A DNA stretch of 41,232 nt. Source: a virus. The notes under the pieces were generated by a model. The model was not told the DNA's origin. It saw only the letters and a list, made by a program, of their open reading frames with translations, and searched no databases. The stretch lies in IMG/VR virus record IMGVR_UViG_3300009702_000006, positions 1 to 41,232 of that record. One strand, 5' to 3'. A program made the position numbers and the translations under genes. Of the stretch, positions 24,562-34,399 are shown piece after piece. Positions within the stretch are counted from its first letter, which is position 1, and each line of letters starts with the position of its first letter.

Positions 24562-24741
24562 ATGAAAAAACTGATGAGAAGTAAATCATTCCTGGGAGTT
24601 ATCGCATATGGTATTCTTTCTTTCATGGTTAGTATGGGATGGATTGATGCCTCTGCTGCAAACCCTTGGCTTATTGCAGCCGCTACCTTAGGGGGAATTG
24701 GTATTGTGCATAAAGCACAAAAGATTGAGGATAAAAAATAA
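24562..24741 (+). CDS. Small two-TM membrane protein (59 aa, holin-like; not in the ORF track)
   Basis: Hand translation gives MKKLMRSKSFLGVIAYGILSFMVSMGWIDASAANPWLIAAATLGGIGIVHKAQKIEDKK. GGAG upstream. Its stop overlaps the next start (TAATG). Confidence 0.5.
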   Translation: MKKLMRSKSFLGVIAYGILSFMVSMGWIDASAANPWLIAAATLGGIGIVHKAQKIEDKK

Positions 24742-25031
24742 TGGTAAGTGAAACTCTTATTATATTAGGCATGTTTGTTATTTGTATGTGTGCGTGTGTA
24801 TCATTAGGATATAGTCTAGGATCAAAGGCGGCATATAAAGATTTGAGAGATTTAGCTATCCAATTTGCAGATGTAAACATTGGATTTTATAATCAGCAAA
24901 AAGGTGTTACTCCGAGTGTACAACCAATAGAGGAATTTAATCGTAAATTTGAAACCGCTTTAAAAGAAGCGTATCCGGAACCTGCTGAAGAAAAAAATGA
25001 AGAAATAAGTTTGATGGGTGGTATGTTATAG
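24741..25031 (+). CDS. Membrane-anchored small protein (N-terminal TM)
   Basis: 96 aa with an N-terminal ETLIILGMFVICMCACVSLGYSLG segment. Confidence 0.5.
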   Translation: MVSETLIILGMFVICMCACVSLGYSLGSKAAYKDLRDLAIQFADVNIGFYNQQKGVTPSVQPIEEFNRKFETALKEAYPEPAEEKNEEISLMGGML

Positions 25032-26992
25032 TGTCTAAACACGTTTTTGAAATTAAAAAGAAAAAGGAATCAGTCATTGATTTTATTAATGATAGATTTC
25101 AATTCACTCGATTATCTATGCAAGAAACGTATAGATCATGGATGTTAAATCTTGCATGGGTACGAGGTTTTCAAAATGTAGATTATAGTTTAAAGGATAG
25201 AAACTTTAGATATTATAATAAACGTGACCCGTGGAAAGTAAGATTAATTTCTAATCTTATGCTTCCTATCGTCAGGCGAATGGTAACTACGTTAGTTACA
25301 CATAAAAATCCATGGGATGTAATACCTGCAACATCTGATGAAGAAGATATTCAGATTTCCGAAACAGCAGCTAAAGTATTACAAAATCTATGGGTAACAA
25401 AAACATTAGATCAAAAGATTATCCGTGTTGCATTTTGGCAGTCTACCTGTTGTTCTTGTTTTATGAAAGTAGGCTGGGATCCAGACTTAGGTGATTTATT
25501 TAAAGTTAATCCAGAAGATACTGAACCGGATGCAATCCAACAATTTATGGAGTTTCATGGCTTTGATGTAATCCCTGATGAAATTATAGTTAATAAAGGT
25601 GATATGTTTATTGATGTAGTCCCACCTTTTAATTTAATTTTTGACGAGAACGCCTCAGTAATTGAAGATTCAATGTGGAGTATTGAATCTACATTACGAT
25701 CCAAAGATTGGGTAGTTGAACAATTCGGTAATAAATTTAAAAATTTGCCAGAGAGTAAAGAACATGAATTATTTTTATATCCTTTTATAAGGCGACAGCA
25801 TGACAACAGAACAAGTGCAGCTGTAAGAACTGGTGTATTGATTCATGAACTTTTTGTTAAAAGAAATAAAAAACATAAAAAAGGATTACATGCTGTAATT
25901 GCTGGTGGACAAGTTTTAAAAGCTCCAGGTGATAATCCATATGATCATGGTGAATTACCTTATAGTCATTTTCTTGAAATTTATGATCCAGCAAGTTTGT
26001 ATGGAACATGTTCTGCTGAACAAATAAGACCTAATCAAGCACGTTATAATCGTATACAATCTGGTATTATGGAACAGATTAACCAGATGGCGAATCTACA
26101 ATGGTTAAATCCACGTCAGTCTGGGATTAAACAATTTACTAACCGACCCGGTCAAGTTCTCACTTACAATTTTCCGCATAAACCTGATCAAGTGCAGTTG
26201 CGGCCGATTCCAGCATATGTTGAAAGATTACTTGATCGGACTCGGTTAGATATTCAAGATACTGCTTCGTCACACGATGTAAGTCAGGCGAAAGCAGAGC
26301 CGGGGGTGCGGTCGGGCAGGGCTGTTCTTGCTTTACAAGATGCGGATGATCAAATCCTCGGCCCTGCCCTCCTCTGGTTTGATAAAGCTATAGGAAAAGT
26401 AGGAAGATTAGCTCTACAGACAATGACACAATTTATTACTGAAGATCGTGTTATTAGTGTACGAGGTGATTTTAACGAAGAACAAGCGATTATATTTAGT
26501 GGAGAAACTTTACAAGGTAAAACTAAAGGTGCCGATTACTGGAAAGTAAGAACTAAAACTTTTGGTCGGCAAGCTATGACTAGAGCCGGTCGGGAATCTT
26601 TAGTTAGAGTATTGTTAGAATTGGGATTATTAAATCCACAAACTCATCGAGAAGAATTGCTTAGTATTTTGGGTGCAGCTGATGTATTATCAATATATGA
26701 TAAAAGTTCTGCTGACCGAACTCGACAATGGAAAGAAATTCAGGGTATTATAGCAGGACAACCTGCAATTGTACATCTTGGGCAAAATCATGAAGCTCAT
26801 ATAAATGCAATAAAAAGATTTATTTCTGGTAGTCAATGGGACAAATTAGATATTAATGTTAAACAAGCTATATCTAAACATATGAGCGATCATATGCAAC
26901 AACAAGTATTAGAGGGTATTTTCCCTCAACTATTCGCACAAACTCTAAATGGAGGTTTAGAAAATGTTTTGGTGGCACCAAAATCTAATTAG
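25031..26992 (+). CDS. Portal protein (by size and synteny)
   Basis: 653 aa with a GTG start overlapping the upstream stop. It lies directly upstream of the scaffold-like and capsid genes. Confidence 0.7.
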   Translation: MSKHVFEIKKKKESVIDFINDRFQFTRLSMQETYRSWMLNLAWVRGFQNVDYSLKDRNFRYYNKRDPWKVRLISNLMLPIVRRMVTTLVTHKNPWDVIPATSDEEDIQISETAAKVLQNLWVTKTLDQKIIRVAFWQSTCCSCFMKVGWDPDLGDLFKVNPEDTEPDAIQQFMEFHGFDVIPDEIIVNKGDMFIDVVPPFNLIFDENASVIEDSMWSIESTLRSKDWVVEQFGNKFKNLPESKEHELFLYPFIRRQHDNRTSAAVRTGVLIHELFVKRNKKHKKGLHAVIAGGQVLKAPGDNPYDHGELPYSHFLEIYDPASLYGTCSAEQIRPNQARYNRIQSGIMEQINQMANLQWLNPRQSGIKQFTNRPGQVLTYNFPHKPDQVQLRPIPAYVERLLDRTRLDIQDTASSHDVSQAKAEPGVRSGRAVLALQDADDQILGPALLWFDKAIGKVGRLALQTMTQFITEDRVISVRGDFNEEQAIIFSGETLQGKTKGADYWKVRTKTFGRQAMTRAGRESLVRVLLELGLLNPQTHREELLSILGAADVLSIYDKSSADRTRQWKEIQGIIAGQPAIVHLGQNHEAHINAIKRFISGSQWDKLDINVKQAISKHMSDHMQQQVLEGIFPQLFAQTLNGGLENVLVAPKSN

Positions 26993-27719
26993 GATTCTGC
27001 TGGACCCGGAACCGGAAGGAACGGGCAGTCAAGCCCCATCGGAGGACAAAGACCCCAAAACCAAAGAGCCGGAATTGAAAACGGAATCGCAAGACAAAAC
27101 CCCGGATAGTAATGAAGACCCTGCTTCTACATATTATCAATTATCTTTACCGGATGGTTCTGTTCGTTCGGTAAAAGGGTCTGAGATTATTGAATTAGCA
27201 CGCTATGGTTATACAAAATTAGAAGAGGAGGCTAATCCTACAGAAGATGTACAACAAGTATCGGATGATGAATTAACTACAGAGGAACGATTAAAAAAAG
27301 CAGAAGAAAAATTACAACAATTTGAATTAAAAAACAAACAACAAGAAGAAACAAATAAGATGTATACTGCTTTGAATAAAGCACGACAAACAAATTCAAT
27401 AGCGAAAGAAAATGATAAGTTTCATAATTTAATTTCAGTTGCGACATTAGCAAAGGTTAATATTAATCCTCGATTAGATTATGAGACAGCATATAAAGAA
27501 ACATTAGCAGATGCTTTAAGTGTAATGGAAGAAGTAAAAGAACAAGATAAAAATAAAAATATAAATACAACCTATCTTAAGAATTCAACGATGGGTATTC
27601 AACGTGGCGGCGAAGGTGGTTCATTAATTGATACTACCAAAAAATTTAGTGTAGAAGATTTAAAAAGTGGGGCGTCGCGTAGTGCCCTAAGAGAATTTTT
27701 AGACCGATCTAGGAGTTAA
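26964..27719 (+). CDS. Scaffolding protein (by position and composition)
   Basis: 251 aa. GGAGG SD, a disordered acidic/Pro-rich N-terminus and a Glu/Lys-rich helical middle. It lies between portal and capsid. Confidence 0.5.
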   Translation: MFWWHQNLIRILLDPEPEGTGSQAPSEDKDPKTKEPELKTESQDKTPDSNEDPASTYYQLSLPDGSVRSVKGSEIIELARYGYTKLEEEANPTEDVQQVSDDELTTEERLKKAEEKLQQFELKNKQQEETNKMYTALNKARQTNSIAKENDKFHNLISVATLAKVNINPRLDYETAYKETLADALSVMEEVKEQDKNKNINTTYLKNSTMGIQRGGEGGSLIDTTKKFSVEDLKSGASRSALREFLDRSRS

Positions 27720-27721
27720 AA

Positions 27722-29083
27722 ATGGCTGGGTTAGCAAGTTCGGATTTTACTGATGCGATGAAAACATTTTATATTGGCCCTTTGAATGATGCAGTTACAA
27801 GGGCTACCGTAATGTTAGACAGACTGGAATCTAATAAAGATGATGTGTCTGGTAATTTTGCGTATATACCAATTATCACTTCTCGTAATCCTGGAGTAGG
27901 ATCACGAAAAGATGTAAGTGGTAGTGGTCCTGCATTACCTACTGCTGGACGCCAGAATTATGATACATTTACATTTAAAATGGCAATGCACTACGGACGA
28001 GGACAAATTTCTGGTCCGGTAATGCGTGCATCAAAAGATAATTCAGGTGCTTTTGCTAAAGCTCTGGATGTAGAAATGAAAGGTTTAATGGAACGATTGC
28101 CAGAAGATTTAAATCGTCAGATTTGGTCCTATGGACATGGCCGTGCTGGTACTGTTGCTGGGACGCAATCAACTTCAACAGGGATTGAATTTGATTCGCG
28201 ATCTATTTTCAGTATGAGAATTGGTGATCGTGTAGTTAATGCAGATATTACTACTGGTACTGTGATTAATGGTGCGAATATGACAGTATCTAATATTTTA
28301 CGAGATCAAGATTCTACTGGAGCTGCATCAAATATTAAACATTTTGTTACCTTTGATAACGCTAGTGGTGCCGTCACGGTCGATACCAATGCTTTTTACT
28401 TTGGTGAAATTACATCTGGTCATCAATCGCGTGGTCAAGAAATGTATGGAATTCCTGCTATTATCGATGATGGCAATATCGGTGCAGATGAAGGTCTTGG
28501 TGGAGCAACAACCCCTGCTGAAACTGGTGAAATGTTAGATGGTTCATTAGCTTTAGGTAGTGTAGATCGTTCACTTGCAACAAATGCTGCTATCCGTTCT
28601 ACAGTTCTACATCATAGTAGTCCTGGTACACTGCGTCCATTGACAGTATCTTTGATGGAACAAGCATTTCTTTCCAGTATTAATATTGGTGGTGCCAAGG
28701 AAGGAAATCTAGAAATGATTTCTGATCCTGGAACATGGGCCACATTTGGTTTACTCCATGTTGGTGATCGCCGATATAATGATTTTAAAGAAACTCTTGA
28801 AGGTGGCTGGATTGCATTAATGTTTGACAATCGTCCATATTTCTTTGATCGTGATTGTCCACGAAATAAGATTTGGTTTATGGATATGACATCCATCTTT
28901 TTGTTGACTCAATCTGGTTATGAGTTAATGGATGAGGATGGAGCTGTTCTTTCGCGTGTAGCTGATCGTGATGCATATGAATTTACACTGTATCGTGATG
29001 TACAAATGGGTACAAATAATCCAAGTAAAAATACTTTACTTGCTGATGTAACTTCTACATTCACTATTGAAGCTGATACTTAA
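27722..29083 (+). CDS. Major capsid protein (by synteny)
   Basis: 453 aa with SD taggagttaaaaATG, in the position after the scaffold. Confidence 0.65.
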   Translation: MAGLASSDFTDAMKTFYIGPLNDAVTRATVMLDRLESNKDDVSGNFAYIPIITSRNPGVGSRKDVSGSGPALPTAGRQNYDTFTFKMAMHYGRGQISGPVMRASKDNSGAFAKALDVEMKGLMERLPEDLNRQIWSYGHGRAGTVAGTQSTSTGIEFDSRSIFSMRIGDRVVNADITTGTVINGANMTVSNILRDQDSTGAASNIKHFVTFDNASGAVTVDTNAFYFGEITSGHQSRGQEMYGIPAIIDDGNIGADEGLGGATTPAETGEMLDGSLALGSVDRSLATNAAIRSTVLHHSSPGTLRPLTVSLMEQAFLSSINIGGAKEGNLEMISDPGTWATFGLLHVGDRRYNDFKETLEGGWIALMFDNRPYFFDRDCPRNKIWFMDMTSIFLLTQSGYELMDEDGAVLSRVADRDAYEFTLYRDVQMGTNNPSKNTLLADVTSTFTIEADT

Positions 29084-29105
29084 AAGAAAGGTTAAGGATT
29101 AAATT

Positions 29106-29747
29106 ATGATTACTGATCACAATATGGGATGGCTGCGTAAACGGAAGCGTTATACAGCCACAGAGATGCACGGTATTATTGATAATGCCACCACTGGTGT
29201 ACCGGAAAGTGCTAAAACTTCTACGGTAAATCAGTTAGAAATGGGTGTTTCCGGGTTCGTAGGCTATAATATGCTTTCGGCAGAAACAATAGCAGGTTTA
29301 ATTCCTGTTCCCTATGATGTTGATCCTGGATGGGATTTAGGTTTCAGGATTATTTATTCTGGAAATCATGATGGAACAGGTACAGCTATTGCGGATTGGA
29401 ATGTAAAAGCGGCAACCATTAAAAAGGGAAATCCGTTTGCCACTCCTTCTGGTAATTTAGGTGTTGTAATTCCGCCTCATACTTATGCTGATGGTAATGG
29501 TAATCCATCCACAACGGATAATCTTTATCAGCAGACAGAAAGAGGTATTTACTTAAAAGAAGATCATGTTTTAAGTAGAGAACAAATTGAAGAAGGTGTT
29601 ATGTTATCGGTTTTAATTACTGCAAATACCATTACTAACTTTACGGGTATTTACTTTATTATGTTAGAAATGGATTATGTTCCAATGCGTTGTATTGGTG
29701 GTGGTAATTATAATGATGCTGCATTAAAGTGTGATCAATCGAGTTAA
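29106..29747 (+). CDS. Structural-module hypothetical protein
   Basis: 213 aa, AAGGA SD, directly after the capsid gene. Confidence 0.55.
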   Translation: MITDHNMGWLRKRKRYTATEMHGIIDNATTGVPESAKTSTVNQLEMGVSGFVGYNMLSAETIAGLIPVPYDVDPGWDLGFRIIYSGNHDGTGTAIADWNVKAATIKKGNPFATPSGNLGVVIPPHTYADGNGNPSTTDNLYQQTERGIYLKEDHVLSREQIEEGVMLSVLITANTITNFTGIYFIMLEMDYVPMRCIGGGNYNDAALKCDQSS

Positions 29748-29752
29748 TTATT

Positions 29753-30277
29753 ATGGTTAAGACTGAGGCAGAACGCAGAATTATTGAGCCAGTGAATATA
29801 AAGTTTAAACCTCCCTTAGAGGTTATAGAGGCTTTGCATCGTCATGATTCAGCGTTAGAATTAGTCTGGAATGAGGACGATAATAGGTGGGAATTTTATC
29901 GTCTGAAAGAGAAAGGTCCATCAAGGGAGCAGGATATTTTACACTGGCAAATGTCCGCTCCTTTTGATGGGTCTGATATTCAGCCGAGTATTATAAATTG
30001 GTTACGTAAATATGATACTTCAGAATATGGCCGTAAAGGACCAGATCGTTTAAAACAAGAATGGATTTTAAACGTAAAAGATTATATTGCCCGACCAAAA
30101 GAATTATATAAAAAAAGAATGGAACCTATGTTACACGAATGGAATAGTGTATTTCATAGATATGCAGTAGGCAGAGAACAAATTTCTGTTCCTATTAAGA
30201 TTGGTAGAGATACTAAAAAGAATAAAGATATTTTTGCTGTTAAAAAACAGAGGAGAATATTAAATGTCACTAGGTAA
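29753..30277 (+). CDS. Structural-module hypothetical protein (basic)
   Basis: 174-aa ORF. Confidence 0.55.
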   Translation: MVKTEAERRIIEPVNIKFKPPLEVIEALHRHDSALELVWNEDDNRWEFYRLKEKGPSREQDILHWQMSAPFDGSDIQPSIINWLRKYDTSEYGRKGPDRLKQEWILNVKDYIARPKELYKKRMEPMLHEWNSVFHRYAVGREQISVPIKIGRDTKKNKDIFAVKKQRRILNVTR

Positions 30278-30785
30278 AATAACACCTAAACAGGGAAAGC
30301 CTAGTTTAGGTATTAATCCTACAGGCGGTGTGATACAAAATACAGGTGTAGGGTTGCAGGAATGGTTACAGATTAGAGGAGCTGCTGACGGCGAAGTTCT
30401 AAATGGTGTCACAGTTAATAATTTTCATTCTTTAGATTCTACAGGTAAGTTTGATGTTAGTGATATTCCATTAATTAGTTTATTTGTTCATGTATTTATT
30501 GGTTCATTAACATCATTAGAATTCTATCCTGAATTTGCTGATGCTTTAGTTTCTTTAGGGTCTTGGGCACAATTATCAGATCAAAGTCTAGCAACTAATA
30601 GTGTTACATTATCACCCTATACCTATAAAGTTATTGTTACAGGTAATTATATCGTAACCTTTCCCAATCCAGGGGCTCAATTTATGCGTGTTGTAACTTT
30701 GTCAAGTGGCGTAACTACTAATTCATCCATGACAATATATCTTGGAGCAGCAATGCACAGTGCGATTGCAAATATAGGATTATAA
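30264..30785 (+). CDS. Structural-module hypothetical protein
   Basis: 173 aa, GAGGAG SD. Confidence 0.55.
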   Translation: MSLGKITPKQGKPSLGINPTGGVIQNTGVGLQEWLQIRGAADGEVLNGVTVNNFHSLDSTGKFDVSDIPLISLFVHVFIGSLTSLEFYPEFADALVSLGSWAQLSDQSLATNSVTLSPYTYKVIVTGNYIVTFPNPGAQFMRVVTLSSGVTTNSSMTIYLGAAMHSAIANIGL

Positions 30786-30787
30786 AA

Positions 30788-31231
30788 ATGGCAAGAAAAT
30801 ATTCAATATCGGGTACAGCAGTTTTAGGGACAAATGTTACAGCTCTTGGTGTTATAGGAAGTGCAACACATATTGTTGAGATTGTAGATATTACATTAGG
30901 TTGTGGAAGTACACCGGCAGATCAAGCATTTTCATGGACAGTGGGTGCAACCACTACTGCTGGAACTGGTACAGCTGTAACACCAGAACCCATTAGAGGT
31001 GGTGGTATTGCTGCTGTTGCTACAGCAAAGAAAACATATACAGCCGAACCAACATATAATACTGTACCTTTATTGGATATTGGTTTACATCAACGATCTA
31101 CTTATAGATGGGTTGCTAGGCCGGGATATGAATTAATTACTAAAGCTGCTGCAAATAATGGCATTGCTGCAAAAGTTGCAGTAACGAGTGGTGTCCCTAC
31201 AGCAAGAGCAACGATGTTGTTTAATGAATAG
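30788..31231 (+). CDS. Structural-module hypothetical protein (Ala/Thr/Gly-rich, beta-rich)
   Basis: 147-aa ORF. Confidence 0.55.
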   Translation: MARKYSISGTAVLGTNVTALGVIGSATHIVEIVDITLGCGSTPADQAFSWTVGATTTAGTGTAVTPEPIRGGGIAAVATAKKTYTAEPTYNTVPLLDIGLHQRSTYRWVARPGYELITKAAANNGIAAKVAVTSGVPTARATMLFNE

Positions 31232-31457
31232 TACAAAATTTTTTAGTGGTGAATTTGAAATTAATGATCCTGATGGCATAGAATCATCAAGAGGACAAAC
31301 TGTACAATGTGTTCATTGTATGAGATCATGGATATATAATTCCAAAGACATTAAAAAACGAGGCTTTTGTTGGAAGTGTTATGGGTTTATATGCGGGCCA
31401 TCCTGTTTAGAATGTAAAGGTCCGATACGTAGTCGGATTTTAAATGGTGAAATCTAA
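31224..31457 (+). CDS. Cys-rich zinc-ribbon-like small protein
   Basis: Start moved from the GTG at 31188 to the ATG at 31224 (MNSTKFF). Cysteines: CVHC...CWKC...CGPSCLEC. Confidence 0.45.
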   Translation: MNSTKFFSGEFEINDPDGIESSRGQTVQCVHCMRSWIYNSKDIKKRGFCWKCYGFICGPSCLECKGPIRSRILNGEI

Positions 31458-31764
31458 TTGTTCAAATTGTGGTATGTGCTGTGTTAAAACAGGATGGCCC
31501 CCATATACACCTGAAGAATTTGAAAAATTACCAGAAGAATTGAGAGATAAATTAAGACAGTATGCTAGGAGTCAAAGAGCACGAGAGAATGTACAGGGTG
31601 TGTGTCCATTCTATGATATATTAAATGATAATTGTACACAATATTCTGTCCGCCCGCAAAAATGTAGAGATTTTCAACTGAATGGTCCAGAGTGTAAACG
31701 ATATATCCAAATTGTTTATATAGGAAATAAAGTGTGGGAAGAATTGCATGGCATTACAAACTGA
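31444..31764 (+). CDS. YkgJ/UPF0153-family CxxCxxCC metal-binding protein
   Basis: 106 aa. CSNCGMCC near the N-terminus and CPFYDILNDNCTQYSVRPQKCRDF match the family signature (CxxCGxCC ... CpF....C.iY..RP..Cr.F). Confidence 0.65.
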   Translation: MVKSNCSNCGMCCVKTGWPPYTPEEFEKLPEELRDKLRQYARSQRARENVQGVCPFYDILNDNCTQYSVRPQKCRDFQLNGPECKRYIQIVYIGNKVWEELHGITN

Positions 31765-33739
31765 AATTTTGAGAGTAGCAGCGAATACTACAACAGGTAT
31801 TCAAACTATTACTACATCATTTCAGCCTAAGGCTGCAATTTTTATAATGGGATCTCCGATAGCAGATGCAACGACTACAGGTCATGTTAAATTTTCTGTT
31901 GGATATTCAGATGGAACAAATGGAATTGTAACTTCAGGAACAGGTGTTGATGGTAGTACTGGAGGTACTGTTTATGAGGGTGGAAAAAGAGCAGGAGAAG
32001 TAATTCTTTTTAGAGATAATGCGATTGGTGGAGCTATAGAAGCAGAAGCAACTATTGATTCTTTTAATACAACAAGTATTAAAATTAATTGGACAACTGC
32101 TCCGGCATCAGCTTATTTAATTACTATTGCTGTTCTTGGTGGTTCCGATATGGAGGCTAGTGTTGGTACTTTTCTATCTAATGCGACTTTAAATGGGACA
32201 GTAGATGTAACTGTTGGTTTTAAATCAGATTTAATTTTTCTCCTTGGTGATTTTGATCATTTTCAATATACTCCGGTAAATAGTTATAGTTGGAGTATTG
32301 GAGCCTGTGATTCGGCATTGAACCAGACATGTTTTAGGTTTGGGGAAACGAATGGGGCAAACCCAACCGAGTGTTCAGCCGAAGTTCGTAATGATTCAGC
32401 AATTATGTTTGGTAATAGTAATTGGGAAGAAATTACTGCAATAGGATCAACAACTTTTACTGGTACAACACGTGGAGTAACAGGTGGCATAAGATATGGT
32501 TATCTTGCACTTAATCTTACAGGTGCATCTGTAAAAGTTCACAATGATACAACTCCAGCATCACCCGGTGATATAAGTTATAATTTAGGTTTTGAACCTA
32601 TATTTTGTTTACATTTGCAATCATTGGTTAAAAATTTAAATCAGAATGCTATAAAGGGAACAGGTACTAAAAGTGCAGCGTGTGGAGCTTATTCAATTGG
32701 GGCTTATACTTTAAATGAACAATTTAATAACAATTGGCAAGCAGAAGATAATGTATCAACATCAAGAGATAAAGGTTATACATCGACCAATCCAATTGAA
32801 ATATATAGAGGAGATGGTGTATTAGAAGCGAAAGCTATATTACCAACACCTGCATCTGATTTATTTAATTCTACAGGAATAAAATTACATTGGGCAGCTC
32901 CAGGGACTGATGGATCATCCCGTCATTTTTCTTTAATAGCATTTGCTAATGACCCTGATCTAGGCATGGATGTTGGAATTCAAGAAGCTGATATCTTCGA
33001 GGAAGATAGAGTTGAATTTATTCAATCTAATTTTGAAGTTTTAGATGAGGCTGTTGTCGTGGTAGATTCAGATAGTTTTACAATTGATCCTGATTTCTTA
33101 TTCATGGATGTTTTACCTGAAGGTTATTTTCCACCTGCTGAACAATTAATTGGATCAAAAGATAATCCGGCAGCTCCCGTAAGAGATATTCATTATAATT
33201 TTGGTACACCTTATACTCCTGGTCAGGCAGGAGATCAAAATTATTATATTTCTGCTTATGAGAAATCAACAACCTCAGTTGTTTTGGCAAAAGATAAAAT
33301 TTATTATTTACCTTTATACGTTGCCTATCCAATTTTAATTACTGAAATGGGTGTACATATTACAGCAGCAGATGATGGTAAGTGTGCAAAAATTGGATTA
33401 TATAATTTTTCACGAGGGATACCAAAGGAATTAATTTTTAATACCGCAATTGATTTGGGTGGTTTATATTATACATATGCTCCATGTCAATTATATTTAT
33501 CGGCTGGGCTATATTTGTTAGCTATACTTAGTGAATCATCGACAGTAGCTATGTATAAGAATTTAATTAATAAAAGTATTTTTGCTCAAGATCATGCTGA
33601 TGGTGCAGGTTATACTAGTGTAAATAAACCATCATATCTAACAGAGAATGTTACTTTTGCTTCTGGTTTACCTAGTTTGGCAGGAGCAGTCTCTTTAGCT
33701 TATGATGATTCACCTAGAATACTTTGTAAGTTAGGATAA
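31748..33739 (+). CDS. Tail fibre/spike-like protein with three tandem ~135-aa repeats
   Basis: 663 aa. Repeat starts: SFQPKAAIFIMG / VGFKSDLIFLLG / LGFEPIFCLHLQ. Repeat ends: FNTTSIKINWTT...ITIAVLGG / TTFTGTT...YLALNL / FNSTGIKLHWAA...SLIAFAN. Confidence 0.45.
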   Translation: MALQTEILRVAANTTTGIQTITTSFQPKAAIFIMGSPIADATTTGHVKFSVGYSDGTNGIVTSGTGVDGSTGGTVYEGGKRAGEVILFRDNAIGGAIEAEATIDSFNTTSIKINWTTAPASAYLITIAVLGGSDMEASVGTFLSNATLNGTVDVTVGFKSDLIFLLGDFDHFQYTPVNSYSWSIGACDSALNQTCFRFGETNGANPTECSAEVRNDSAIMFGNSNWEEITAIGSTTFTGTTRGVTGGIRYGYLALNLTGASVKVHNDTTPASPGDISYNLGFEPIFCLHLQSLVKNLNQNAIKGTGTKSAACGAYSIGAYTLNEQFNNNWQAEDNVSTSRDKGYTSTNPIEIYRGDGVLEAKAILPTPASDLFNSTGIKLHWAAPGTDGSSRHFSLIAFANDPDLGMDVGIQEADIFEEDRVEFIQSNFEVLDEAVVVVDSDSFTIDPDFLFMDVLPEGYFPPAEQLIGSKDNPAAPVRDIHYNFGTPYTPGQAGDQNYYISAYEKSTTSVVLAKDKIYYLPLYVAYPILITEMGVHITAADDGKCAKIGLYNFSRGIPKELIFNTAIDLGGLYYTYAPCQLYLSAGLYLLAILSESSTVAMYKNLINKSIFAQDHADGAGYTSVNKPSYLTENVTFASGLPSLAGAVSLAYDDSPRILCKLG

Positions 33740-33742
33740 GTT

Positions 33743-34399
33743 ATGACATTAAACGAATTAAGAATTGCAGTTAGATCGAACTTAGATGATACTTTTGGTT
33801 CATTATTTACTGACGATCAGCTAAGATTAAAAATTAATTCAGCAATGCGTCATATATGGAATGAGTTAAATAAACGTGGAAAATATTTTAATACGATAAC
33901 TGAAACTATATCTTTTACTCCTGATAATCAAGAAGTTGCCATCGCTGGTGATATTCATACTTTAATATGGGTAAGAGATACTGACAGACTTTCAATTGAT
34001 GTAGTCGATGACTCACAGGCACAACGTACAGATAAACAAAGTGTATATATTACGCGAACAATTTCTTCAGTTGGTAATAGTAGGACTAGAGTAACTAAGT
34101 TAGGCTATTATAGAATACCGGATATTGCTTTTGATTTAACAATTAAATATAATCAACAAATTACTGTTTTTTCTGGTAGTGCTAATGGTTCAGAAAGTTA
34201 TGAAGATATACCAAAGGAGCATCACAATGTTATTGTATTATATGCTACTATTTTATCTTTACCAAAATATCATGAATCTATTGCAGACTGGCAACAATTA
34301 TTTAATGTAGAAATGCTAAATCTTATAGATTCACAAGAGACTTATAATATACACGATATGGCTGTAGTGGATGTTTATAATGCCTACAATTACGCTTAA
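33743..34399 (+). CDS. Adaptor / tail tubular protein A-like (by synteny with T7 gp11)
   Basis: 218 aa, immediately upstream of a 687-aa protein, mirroring the gp11/gp12 pair. Confidence 0.4.
   Translation: MTLNELRIAVRSNLDDTFGSLFTDDQLRLKINSAMRHIWNELNKRGKYFNTITETISFTPDNQEVAIAGDIHTLIWVRDTDRLSIDVVDDSQAQRTDKQSVYITRTISSVGNSRTRVTKLGYYRIPDIAFDLTIKYNQQITVFSGSANGSESYEDIPKEHHNVIVLYATILSLPKYHESIADWQQLFNVEMLNLIDSQETYNIHDMAVVDVYNAYNYA

Noticed and set aside
24571-24578. CTGATGAG, the hammerhead-ribozyme core box
   Set aside because: It is an isolated 8-mer inside the codons MKKLMRS of a small membrane protein. There is no matching CGAAA box and no flanking helices.
27001-27120. Local GC-rich patch at the start of the scaffold gene, considered as another foreign islet
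   Set aside because: It encodes a Pro/Glu/Gly/Lys-rich disordered N-terminus (PEPEGTGSQAPSEDKDPKTKEPE). The amino-acid composition explains the GC, and it is continuous with the ORF.
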